Below the pieces are notes generated by a model. The model was given only the letters and a program-made list of their open reading frames with translations. It ran no database searches and was not told the origin of the DNA. This document shows positions 51,571 to 62,345 of a DNA stretch of 64,000 nt, one piece after another (position 1 is the first letter of the stretch; each line of letters opens with the position of its first letter). Source of the stretch: Hypanus sabinus (Eukaryota); contig NC_082731.1 of the NCBI RefSeq assembly GCF_030144855.1, positions 20,522,001 through 20,586,000 of the forward strand. Reading direction: 5' to 3'. The translations under genes and the position numbers were made by a program.

Positions 51571-53240
51571 AGTCATGCGTGATCACCAGACGGGGCTTTT
51601 GCCCGGGAACTGGTACAGCCGTACGCACAAACCACGGACATCACTTTGTCAACTTAAAGTGTTGCGTTCAGCAGCAAAATTTTCCCAATATTTTGGAACA
51701 CTATCTGAATTAAGCTTTACCTACGGATATTGTGGCAGCTTTCAGAAACTGTTCCACTATATCTCGTTGTCCATGCCTTACACTGTTGTCTTGTGTTCAT
51801 CGTTTGGTTGGAAATCATTTTTTTACCATCTTGAGAGGTTAAAGGTGAAGATGAGTTCAAATTGGAGATACTGAGGTGTAGATGGCTAAACAGCATCGGA
51901 TTAGCAGTCACGCTAAATTCTTCCGATGAAGATAAATTTCCAGGACAGTGTTTTGACATTAGGTTCCTAAAGGGTGGAGAAGAATGGATGGTATTTAGTC
52001 GGTTTCGCAGTGAATACGAGTGAACTGGCAATGTGTTAAAGGATTTTCCACCAGCTAGTTAAAATTTACAGCGATGACTTAGAAAACAAATTGCAGATTG
52101 AATTGTGTTGGTAACGTATGAGAGAGTGAGATATGGATGGCGGGGGTATGGAGTAGACAAAAATGGACCAAATTGTAATATAGAGGCAGACAGAAAGCGA
52201 GTGAGTGACAGAGCGACGGAGATATAGGAGAAAACCGAAAGAGGGAATAGAGTAAGAGATCCATTGCTAAAAAAGAAGTATCCTATAAAGTAGAACGAAG
52301 GAGAGAGGTGTGAGTTCGACAAGTAGAATAGGATTGGAGTGAATGATTAAGAAACAGGGAATGGAGTAGTTACGTTTATATCGCTGGCGAAATAGGCTCA
52401 GCTCTGATTTACCCTATTCAGCTCCCATTTATCAGAGCAATTTACTGCGGTTTTACATGAAGTGAATGATGCCGTGTTTCTGACATCATTCTCGCAAACC
52501 TGCGATCTTAGCTTATTGTTTGTAATCTGGCTTTTGATCGCGTCTGAATGCAGAAACCATGAGCTTCCAGATCGTTCATGATATTATATGCTATCCTGTC
52601 CGGCCAATCTTTGCACAAATTGTCAGTGGGTGCCTCGCATGTGCAATGCGAGCGCTGGATGTTCTATCATTTTGTCTTGTTATAGAATCGCGTGGGAAAG
52701 ATTTATCTCTCTTCATCGACGATTAGAAGATAACGAATCCAAATGCTGAACTTCAGTTACAAACCCGCATAGGTACCGTGGACAACTAGCACTTTAACCT
52801 AAGGGTAGAGATGACACCTGCTGGAGGCCGATATCTGAAGACGAGTGAAGAAATTGCAAGGACAATGCGAGGCGTGAGTTAATTAACGATGAAAGTGGTT
52901 GCGACCAAAGTTTGGGGAAAAAATCTTGCTGACATTTGAATAACCAGTTATATGCTGGAAGATTGAAACATATTGTCTTAAGCCCCTGCTGTAGGATTTA
53001 TTTTAGGATAAATAACTAACAAAACAAATAAATAAATAAACTACTTCTAGCGAGATATAGTCGGTTTTGAAGAAGCGAACAAGTGAAAAGTCTTAATTGT
53101 GTTGGATTACACATTGATAAGTATGTGAATATGCTGTGATTATGCAGCGAGAGAGGGAGTGTGTGTGTGGCGGGGGGTGAACACGGAGCATTGAAAGAGC
53201 GGAGAAACAGGCAGAATGACAAATTAAAAAAAGCAGATTC

Positions 53241-53284
53241 TGATTGGTGATCATAAATGCACTGTTCTTTCTGTCAGCCAATCG
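53241..53284 (+). promoter_or_regulatory. Inverted CCAAT-box pair upstream of V10
   Basis: TGATTGG (53241-53247), 30 nt, CCAATCG (53278-53284). Confidence 0.55.
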
Positions 53285-53417
53285 TTTAACCAGGCAAACG
53301 CCCCCGGACTTACAAAAATTGAAATGTATCGTTTAAATGATCTCACACCACAAAATCTGCTATGTAATGACGCTTTGGAAGGAATCTGCTTTTCGACCCA
53401 GCGAGATATTAGACACC

Positions 53418-53853
53418 ATGATTTCCGTCTGTTCATTACTGATTATATTGGCATTGTTGCCTGGTGAGTCTCTGAGAAGAAAGCCAGTGAATTTCCCTCG
53501 CGTTCAATGCAAGGCAACGATGTTGACGTTTTGTGTCCTTTTTTTTTTGCAGGGACGAGTGGGAAAGATTCAGTGACGCAGCATCCCTCCGACCTCACGG
53601 CTAAGGAAGGACAGACCATAACACTGAACTGTAATTACACTAACCCTGATGAAAATATTTTTTGGTACATTCAACATAGTGGAGAACCTCCAATTTATTT
53701 GCTGAAGGTATTTAGCACAGGATTACTGGATCGGCATCCAGATTGCCCAACGAGATTTAACGCTAGTTTGCATAGAAGTAACAAGACGGCTCAGTTGAAT
53801 ATCGGTGAAGCTCTCGTCTCGGACTCTGGCAGGTATCTCTGTGCAATGAGTAC
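53418..53853 (+). CDS. Intact TCR alpha/delta-like V gene segment (V10, subfamily B): exon 1 53418-53463, exon 2 53553-53853
   Basis: The leader reads MISVCSLLIILALLPG, followed by an 89-nt intron. The exon is open: TSGKDSVTQHPSDLTAKEGQTITLNCNYTNPDENIFWYIQHSGEPPIYLLKVFSTGLLDRHPDCPTRFNASLHRSNKTAQLNIGEALVSDSGRYLCAMS. Confidence 0.93.
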
Positions 53854-53892
53854 CACACTGTTGTATGGAGACGGCGGGTTCGGACAAAAACT
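53854..53892 (+). other. 23-bp-spacer RSS of V10
   Basis: CACACTG, 23-nt spacer, ACAAAAACT. Confidence 0.9.
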
Positions 53893-53916
53893 GATCATGT
53901 ATGATGCAAAATACTC

Positions 53917-53930
53917 TCACTGGAGGGCGC
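53917..53930 (+). promoter_or_regulatory. CTCF-like motif 24 nt 3' of the V10 RSS
   Basis: TCACTGGAGGGCGC matches the CTCF core at 12 of 14 positions. Confidence 0.55.
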
Positions 53931-55899
53931 ACTTTTGCGGCGAATCTGGAAGAGGCGCCCTCATAAATCAGCCATGCTCACGTGCCACACTTGAGGGCTT
54001 TGCTGCCAGCAGCATAAGGTGCAGAAGCTACAGGAAAATTTCCTCATTACAAGGCGTATCCAAACTGAAAATATGCATTGCATTTCCGAAAAAAAAACAA
54101 TGTACATTCACACATATTCTTTTGCGGCAAAGGTATATCACGATTGCCAGCCTTGACTGATGTTGCCTTTGGCCATTTTTTTCTTGTGTCTGAAGGAGAA
54201 ATAAAGAAACTGGCACAAAAACCCGGATATATATGTATATATATATAAATTACACAATGGCTGACGAAAAAAAGAGGGTGGCAAAATTGCTGGTTTTCGA
54301 ATTGAAAAGGAATTGCAAGTGACATGCTACTGAAACTGAAGATATTGCAACAGCTACTTATGATTAGTGCTGAGTATTTACATAATGCTACTGAACATGC
54401 CGATGTTTTTTTTTTGATGGAGAATACAGACTCTACTTCGGTCCTTATATTCCCGATCTGTGAGAAGGAGCTTCTATGTTTAAAGTAAATTTCTGATTAA
54501 AGTACACAGATGCGACTGAATGCTAACCCCAGATTCATACTGAAGGTATTTTCAGTATGAAAGCGAGCCAGAGGGGGAGAAAGGGAATTGGATCACAACT
54601 GAGTGACAGCTTGTATAATCTGTTTTGCCAACCAGATTTAATGGCTCCGATGTTATCGCCACGTCTCGCATTTTGCTACATATCTAAACCGAGAACGGAA
54701 CTGGTTTATTACTGTCGCATGATTGCATTGATTCGGTTTTAGAGATAAATTCATTGCACTGCTTATCGAGGTAGTACAAAGTAAAACACGAAAACAATGC
54801 AAATACAAAGTGTGACAGCCGTGTAAAATGGAGCTCAAGCAGCATATAATAACAAGTTCTTACCGAGGTAGATGAGATTAAGATTGAATTTCATCCAACA
54901 GTTCGATACTCTTGTAATAGGGAATAATCTATTGTATGCACATTGGAACGTGCTTTTATAATTTTGCGTCTTCCAGCCGATGGTGGAAACAAAATGAGAG
55001 AACGTCCGGTTACCGTCGAAGCAGCCCAAACTGATACCATTTGTTTCCAAAGGTGTAATCCGTGTTTTCGAAACTCCGATTTTAATTATATATATATATA
55101 CTGTATCGAATAATTCCATTAGCACACTGCCTCAGCCGAAACGGTGGAGCAGACTCGAAAGGCAAAATGGCTTAATTCAGTTCCTATATGTTATGATCTT
55201 ATTATCAATTTACTTATCTGTCCTATTTTCATACATTACTCCGAACATGTACCCTCAGTGATTCTTTGATCACGAGCACGTGTTATCTAGATCGCCTTTA
55301 GCAGTCATTGGAAAACATGGCAAAGCGGGAAACGTGGAAACTCAGCACATACGTATCTGCTGAAGGCATCAGATGCCGGAGTCGAACCGCATCCCTGGTG
55401 ACATGACACCAGATACCGCCAGGGTGTCACGATAGGCACTTTGCAGCCCACCATTGCCTCCAAGTTACTGCTTAACCAGTATTATATGGACTAATGAAGG
55501 ACAGCCAGATATATCCTTTCAATTCGCAGACTCCTACAGCTTACTCAAACTGGTTTATGTTTATTATATAATTTGTTATTGTCAGATGTATCAGGATACA
55601 GCGAAAAGAATGCCCAGCATGATTAAATGGCTGTGCTTAATATCAGTTAAAGAACACAACACACAAACTGAAATTCACAGTCTCCGCAGACATCCTTAAA
55701 ACAGAACAAAAACCCAAAGCATCAATGTCAGAAAAAAAGTTAAGAACCTGAACGCCCCGCTGCCGCCTCCCTCGCACAATCAGCGGCAAACAGAAGTACC
55801 CTATCCCACTTCTACTTCTCTCACTCATTCCAGCAGAAAGCATCAGCGCATCCACTGCCACCTCCCGTTGAAGCAACCACAAAGACACAAAGAGAGGCT

Positions 55900-56182
55900 T
55901 GGTCTACAATACAATAAACACTTGATATTTTTTACAACATTTCGTCGTCCCCCATGCATTCTCTCTCTCACATTAATAAATCAGAGACTGTTAGCGCGAT
56001 AGCGGAGACAGCAGACGCTATTTCGATGTTACAGTCACTCTTAAGCATTACCGTAGGTTTAAAGAAAGGAAGCCAGACAGCTCAATTGCAGAACCTTGAA
56101 GCTCTTGTGTCGAATTCTTGCATGTATGTGCATCTGTATAAAACTGTCCTGTAGAATGCAAAAAGCTCTCACTGGAGGGCGC
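55900..56182 (+). pseudogene. Degenerate V 3' fragment (V11, subfamily B)
   Basis: It reads ..GLKKGSQTAQLQNLEALVSNS.., followed by the TCACTGGAGGGCGC motif (56169-56182) and downstream sequence homologous to V10. Confidence 0.55.
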
Positions 56183-56884
56183 ATGTTTCCGAAAAACTTG
56201 AACTTGGCACCTGGAAAGCAGCCATGCTCACATGTCCTATTTAAGCGCTCTGCAATCTGCAGTGTAAGAGACCGAATCTAATGGAGCAGCTCCTGATTAC
56301 AATGCGTTCCTAAACTGGAACTTTGAAATATATTTTCCGTAATACCGCAGTGTGCTTTCTCCCATCCTCCTTTTGCTGCAAATGCATACCAATATTGTCA
56401 ACCTTACTTGCATTATCATTGGCCACTTTATTCGACATACGGAGCAAGGAGTGTAAGCGGGTTATATTTAAATTGGACAATGGCTGGAAAAAGGAAAACA
56501 CAAGGTGAGAATATCAGCAGTCTTCTGATTGACAAAGAAATGCAAGAGGCATGCCGCCCGTATTAAGGTTGTTGCAACAGCTACTTATGATTTTTACTGA
56601 GTATTTAGATAATGCGATAGAACCTTCGAATAATTAGCGTGATAGAGAATACAGATATAGAGTCTCACAGTACTTTAACTCCCAATTTATTGTTACAGTG
56701 ACAGTGAGAAACAGAAAATAACGAATAGGTGGATGACGGAGAGAGACGAAAGCAAAAGTGATGAAATGAGACAGAAAGGGAGAGACAAAACTGAGGGAGA
56801 AAGACAAATATTGCAAGTAAAAGAGAGAAAAAGAGAAAAGTGATAGTGGTGGGAATGAGGGGTTTGTGAGAGGGCGAGAGTGAG

Positions 56885-56957
<73 letters not shown>

Positions 56958-58204
56958 GGGGTAGGGGGATTCAATTAACGCTGGTCTATTCTTATAATTA
57001 CTATAATGAAGTAAGTTACAAATAGTAGCCGCATATGCTTCGAAGCAAAAGAGACGAGTCTCTCAGAAAGTGTCTGCTTCTCCTTACTTGAGATACATTT
57101 TTATTGGGGGTAACATCTTCAAATCATCCTCTGATTACTTTATTCAATGTGCCATGTTCCTGCTACAGTCTCCTCCTGTAGGTTCTTTGTATCCAGTACT
57201 TTTCCTGGTGAATCTGTATAATCGTTCAGAGCATGTCCTTTGGTTTCACTGCATTCCGACGCCGCTGACAAATTTGGGCCTTGCTCCAAGGAAGAGTGCG
57301 GAAGATTTTATAAACCCCAAAATGAGTGGCAAGCGCGACTGTGTCACTGAGCAGCAGCTACTTGGAAACTAGCAAAGTCTATTTGCTGTGCGTTCAATAA
57401 TCTGGAAAACCGACGAAAATATTCATGACTGGAGATATTGTTTTAGGCGAAGACAGTCGCGTCAGTATTTCGGGTCTCTGGACAAAAAATGGCAGTTGTT
57501 CTTTTAATATGTTCGGCGGTATTGTGCCGGACTCGACCAAATAGCTTTGCGCAGTTAATTACTCAACATTCCACGGCGATACTGGATCTGGACACCTGTG
57601 TATTGGCAGAGTTTACTTGCTGTAACAGGTGCCTTCTGTGTCCCCTTAATACTTAACCCAGATTATCCAAGGGAATAAATATTTGGCGTGCTATGAAGAA
57701 GGAATATCAAGCGGGATGCTAAAATATTGAATGGTATTTCGCCAATAATTTTACAGGCAAATGATAAGTTAGTTAACAGGAACACGGAGAAGTCAGAATG
57801 TTGCGGGTGGCACAGTAATACGTTGTTTTGCATAGAGTGGCATAATGTGAGAAGGGAGAGAGCAGCGGCAGAATGGCAAAGACAGTGAGAGCGTTGGTAG
57901 AGCGCAAAGGAGAGGCAGATAAATTGAAAAATGTTCGAAGTGAGATCGAGAGAGAAGAAGGTAGGGAGAGAGCAAGGAAGTGAGAAAGAGAGAAGGAGAT
58001 AACGAGCGGGAAAGAGAGCAAATATATAAATAGATGGAGAGAGACTCGAGGGAGGGGAGGACAGAGTGAGAAAGAGAGAGGGAAAAGTGAGAAAGAGACG
58101 GAGAGAGAGAAAGGCAAAAATGGGTTATTTAACGAAAGCGGATTCTGAATCGTGCTCATATAAACACGGTTCTCTTTTGCCTACCAATTATTGTGCAGGG
58201 CACC

Positions 58205-58770
58205 ATGAAGTCCACTTTTGATATGATTTTTACTCTCGAATATTTGTCATGGTGATAACCTCACGTAAGTAATTTGTCATCCTATCGAAGCTGAAGCTAA
58301 GGAATATGTTTTTGCTCTGTTTCTTGTTGATTGCATTCTTGACAGGTAAGACGCTGCACACATGACCAGCGAGTGCCACGTGAGTTCAGTGCAAGTCAGG
58401 GAGATTACTGCATTTTGTCCTTTATTGCAGGAATGAGAGGGGATGATTCAGTGATCCAGGACTCCCTGAAATTAACGGTTGACGGAAGTCAAATCATTAC
58501 ACAGAACTGCAAATCCATCTGAACTAACACGAACATTTTTGATACACTAAGCATGACGGAAAATAAAATTGCAAAAATACTGTTGAAGGTATATGGCTCA
58601 GGAAAACAGGAGCGGCCTCCAAAATGTCCGGCGAGGTTTACACCTGGTATGCACAAAAGCAGAACCAACTCATTTAACTATCTCCGGAATTGTTGTCTCA
58701 GACTCTGGCGTATAACACTGTGCAATGCACCCCGAATTATTACAGCTAGACAGCGAACACGGGCAAAATT
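58205..58770 (+). pseudogene. V pseudogene (V12, subfamily C)
   Basis: It has caccATGAAGTCC, an acceptor tttattgcag at 58430, DDSVIQDSLKL..QNC and KCPARF. It carries stops, frameshifts and a degenerate RSS. Confidence 0.75.
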
Positions 58771-59983
58771 CAGCCTTGTCTGATCATGAGAGGGCGATTC
58801 TTGCTGGAATCCTGGAAGAGCTGTACGCGTGGTCGACATAAAATGCTGTATTTGGCAGCCAAATGCACCCAACCTTGTGGAACACATCTTGAATTCAGTT
58901 TTCCCTAGGGATATTGTGACGCCTTTCGAGACATTTCCACTATACCTTGGTGCCCATATCTGTCTCCCATGCTTATAGCCCATATTGTTTGATTGTGTTT
59001 TTTTTTGCTGGACATCAATTTCACAACCTTAAGGGATTAACAGTGAAGATGACTGAGGGTGTATACGATTAGATAGCATCGGATTTCGTATCACGCTAAA
59101 TGTTTCTGTTTAGAATAAATCTTAGGTGGAGTATTTTGGCATTAGATTCTTAAAAGTGGAGTTAAGTGCATGTATATTTTTCGGAATGAAAATGAATACC
59201 GTGTGAATTGTCATTGGAATAAAGGGTGTTCCGTCAACTAGTTAAACTGATGATTTCGAAAAACTGCCGATTGAAAAAGCGAGGCAGACACAGAGAGATT
59301 GAGTGACACAGCGACGAAAATATAGGGGTGTAACGAAAGAGAGAACAAAGAAGGAGATGCAGTACTTGAAAGGAACTGTCAAAGTAGAACGAAAAAGGGA
59401 GGGGTGAGAAAGACAAATCGAATAATATTAGAGAGAATGATTAATAAACAGAGATCGGTGGCTAAATAGGCTCAGCTCTGAATTCCCCGGTTCAGCTCCA
59501 CGTTAGCAGAGCAATTTACACAGGCTTACACGATCTGAAAGGTGCAGCGTACCTTACATCATTCTCGCAAATCTGCGTTATTAGCTTCTTGGATGTAATC
59601 TGGCTTTAGATCAAGTCTGAATTGTTTTAGATTACACATCGAGAGGTATGTGAATATGCTTTAAGTATGCAGAGAACAGGAGGCAGGGGCAGTAGGGCAG
59701 ACTAAGAGAGTGAGAGAGAGAGAAAGGTAGTGGGGGCAAAGGGACGTTGGACCGTGATAGAGCGGAAAAGCAGGCAGAATGATGAATAGATACAAAGCAG
59801 ATTCTGAGTGGCGTTCCGAAAGGCTCTGTTCTTTGAGTCCACGAATCCTTTAATCAGTGAAACACTCCCGGTGTTACACAAAGTGAAAGGTACCGCTTCA
59901 ACGATCTACCACCACAATACCTACTGAGGGATAATTAGGACCTGTTAAGAGTCTGCTTGTCATCCAGAAAGATATAAATCAGC

Positions 59984-60415
59984 TTGATTTCAGTCTGTAC
60001 ATTGCTGATGGCATTGGCTGTGCTGCCTGGTGAACTCTGTGAAGCTAGCCATCCAATTTCTCCGGTGTTCAATACAAGCCAGCGATGTTGATGTATTCTG
60101 TGCTTTATTGCAGGAACAATTGGGAATGATTCAGTGACGCAGGACCCTCCCGACGTCACGGCTGTGTAGAGACAGACTATTACACTGAGCTGTAAATACA
60201 CTTACGCCAGTGTACATATCTTTTGGTACATTCAACATAGTGGAGCACCTCCAAAATATTTGCTGAAGGTATACACCTCTGGGTAAAATGGAGCAGCATC
60301 CATATTGCGCAGTGAGATTTACAGCTGGTTTGTATAAAGGCAGAAAAACGGCTCAATTGATTATAGGTGAAGCTCTTCTGTCGGACTCCGGTCTGTATCT
60401 CTGTGCAATCAGTAC
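59984..60415 (+). pseudogene. V pseudogene (V13, subfamily B)
   Basis: The start codon is changed to TTG (leader 59984-60029). The exon from 60114 has TAG and TAA stops and a frameshift. The RSS is CACACTG-23-TCAAAACTT (60416-60454). Confidence 0.88.
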
Positions 60416-61019
60416 CACACTGTTGTATGGAAACAGCAGACCCGATCAAAACTTGATCTGTATAATACAATAATAATCTGTATAATAATCTCCCAGTGGA
60501 GAGCGCCTTTCTGTGGGGAATCTGCGCACCCAGAAATCGGCCATAGTCACCTGTCTTCCTGTCTTACTTAAGATATTGTGTTCAGTAGTGGACGANNNNN
60601 NNNNNNNNNNNNNNNNNNNNNNNNNNNNNNNNNNNNNNNNNNNNNNNNNNNNNNNNNNNNNNNNNNNNNNNNNNNNNNNNNNNNNNNNNNNNNNNNNNNN
60701 NNNNNNNNNNNNNNNNNNNNNNNNNNNNNNGCAGAAAAATTTCGACAGAGACACTGAATCAGACCCCATTGCCCTTGGAGCCCCAATGTCTCAATGATTC
60801 ACCGACCGCAAGGGAGAAGGGAGCATGAGAGGAAGACCACGAGCGGTAGAGAGAGAACCACATAAATAAGTACTGGTGGAAAGAAAGCATGTAGAGTGTC
60901 GAGTGAGTGCAGGGCAGCGGTAGTTAACAGATTCTCTGATGACTTCAGTGAACAACTGTGGAAAATTGAGCAGAAATAAAAGAATGAAAGCCGATTTAGA
61001 TTTCTGTCTAAATCGGACC

Positions 61020-61095
61020 GATTCTGCTTTCTCTGAAGGCGGATCTAGACAAAAAATATACCCTGACTGCAGTGTGCTCTCATACCAGAGGGTGC
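61020..61095 (+). pseudogene. Orphan V-RSS remnant (nonamer plus CTCF-like motif)
   Basis: ACAAAAAAT (61049-61057) is followed by tgactgcagtgtgctc, which is homologous to the V4 flank, and ATACCAGAGGGTGC (61082-61095). Confidence 0.5.
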
Positions 61096-62345
61096 CCTCG
61101 GCCTAACCTCCATATCAACGTGGGCCAAGGCACGAGACTCAGGCACCTTCACACCTTCCCAGGACAGGCCCAATGAAGACAAGACCAATAGGGGCCAAGA
61201 GATGGAACACCTGGCTCCCATGCTGAGGAAAGACGTTGCTGATCAATTTTCTTTATTCGTTTACAGTTTCGAACTCGAAGGGAGGGAAGACTGAAAGACA
61301 CACAGGCGATGAAAGCGTGTTGATTTAAAGGGAGAGTCGGACCTTGCCATCTTTCAGCAGTAGCAGGGTGAGGCAAAATGTAAACTGAGGGAACTGCACT
61401 GAAGATTTCCTATGGGGTACCTGCAAAACGACGCTATACATTTTTATTTTTTCAATGTTCAAATGTTTCGGCCATCCGGTTCATCTGTCCATCCGTTGTG
61501 ATCAACGTCAACGCCCTCAGAAAATTCCTCCCGTCCAACCCGCTGCAACATCCCCCTCCCCCGAGAATTATTTTCTTTCCACTCTTACTCCGATCTCCTC
61601 TTGTTAACCTGTTTCGATCCGCTTTCCCCCCCCAGCGATCCGATAGCCCTTCCCTATGTGGTCGCAGGTTGCCTACCTTTCCTATTCTGATTCCACTATA
61701 TTCAGCCCACATTCTGAATACAGTGTCCCTCAATCCTACCGAAGTCTCAATACCCCGGCTGCTTTTGCCAGAAGCTTCCTCGGTCCACTGGATACGCCAC
61801 CTCGAAATTGTATATATCCAATAATGCTTATCCTTCTCTCTGCAACACAGATGTGAACCGTTCAATCGATATAGTTATTTTGACAGATCACCGTCAGCCT
61901 TATAAACAGCGAAACTCCTGAACCATTTGCTCAAAGTAGAGCCACTGCAATCCATACGAAGCTTGCCTCGTGGAGATGGAGTCCATTTTCCTTTGAAATA
62001 TGGAACCACACAAGAATGAGGTTTTGCCTTTGCCTTTGATTATCTTCACAATGTTTTCTGCTCTGTTAACTGAGAATGTGAGCTCTGGCGATCAAACTTC
62101 TGAGTAGTGAACCCAAGTAACCAGGATGGTTTACAGCGTAACAATCATTAGCAAGAGGGGAATGAAAGGCTATTTCTACATTCTAGGTATCATCTTCATT
62201 CTCTGACGTCAACATCCAACGTTCGGTTGTCTGCACTTATCCCACAATTGGTCCACGTGATATTAATCGCTGCATTGTATCCAGGCACCTCGCAGAACAA
62301 TAAAACAAGTGAACAACCTCTTTGATAATTTCCACATCGTATAAC

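Noticed and set aside
25401-53853. NAR-TCR, IgNAR or IgH-type V identity
   Set aside because: Each V has its own leader and a single 23-RSS, with no adjacent D/J cluster. The FR motifs (DSVTQ, IFWY.Q, AVYLCAM) look like TCR alpha/delta rather than Ig.
53507-54160. 217-aa ORF as a single-exon gene
   Set aside because: It starts in the V10 intron and reads through the RSS into the flank. The real structure is leader plus V exon.
61100-61150. J-like peptide INVGQGTRL preceded by CAGTGTG at 61070-61076
   Set aside because: It has Val instead of Phe/Trp and no GT donor afterwards. The element 12 nt upstream of the heptamer reads ACAAAAAAT, which is the wrong orientation for a J RSS. It is better explained as a V-RSS relic plus chance.
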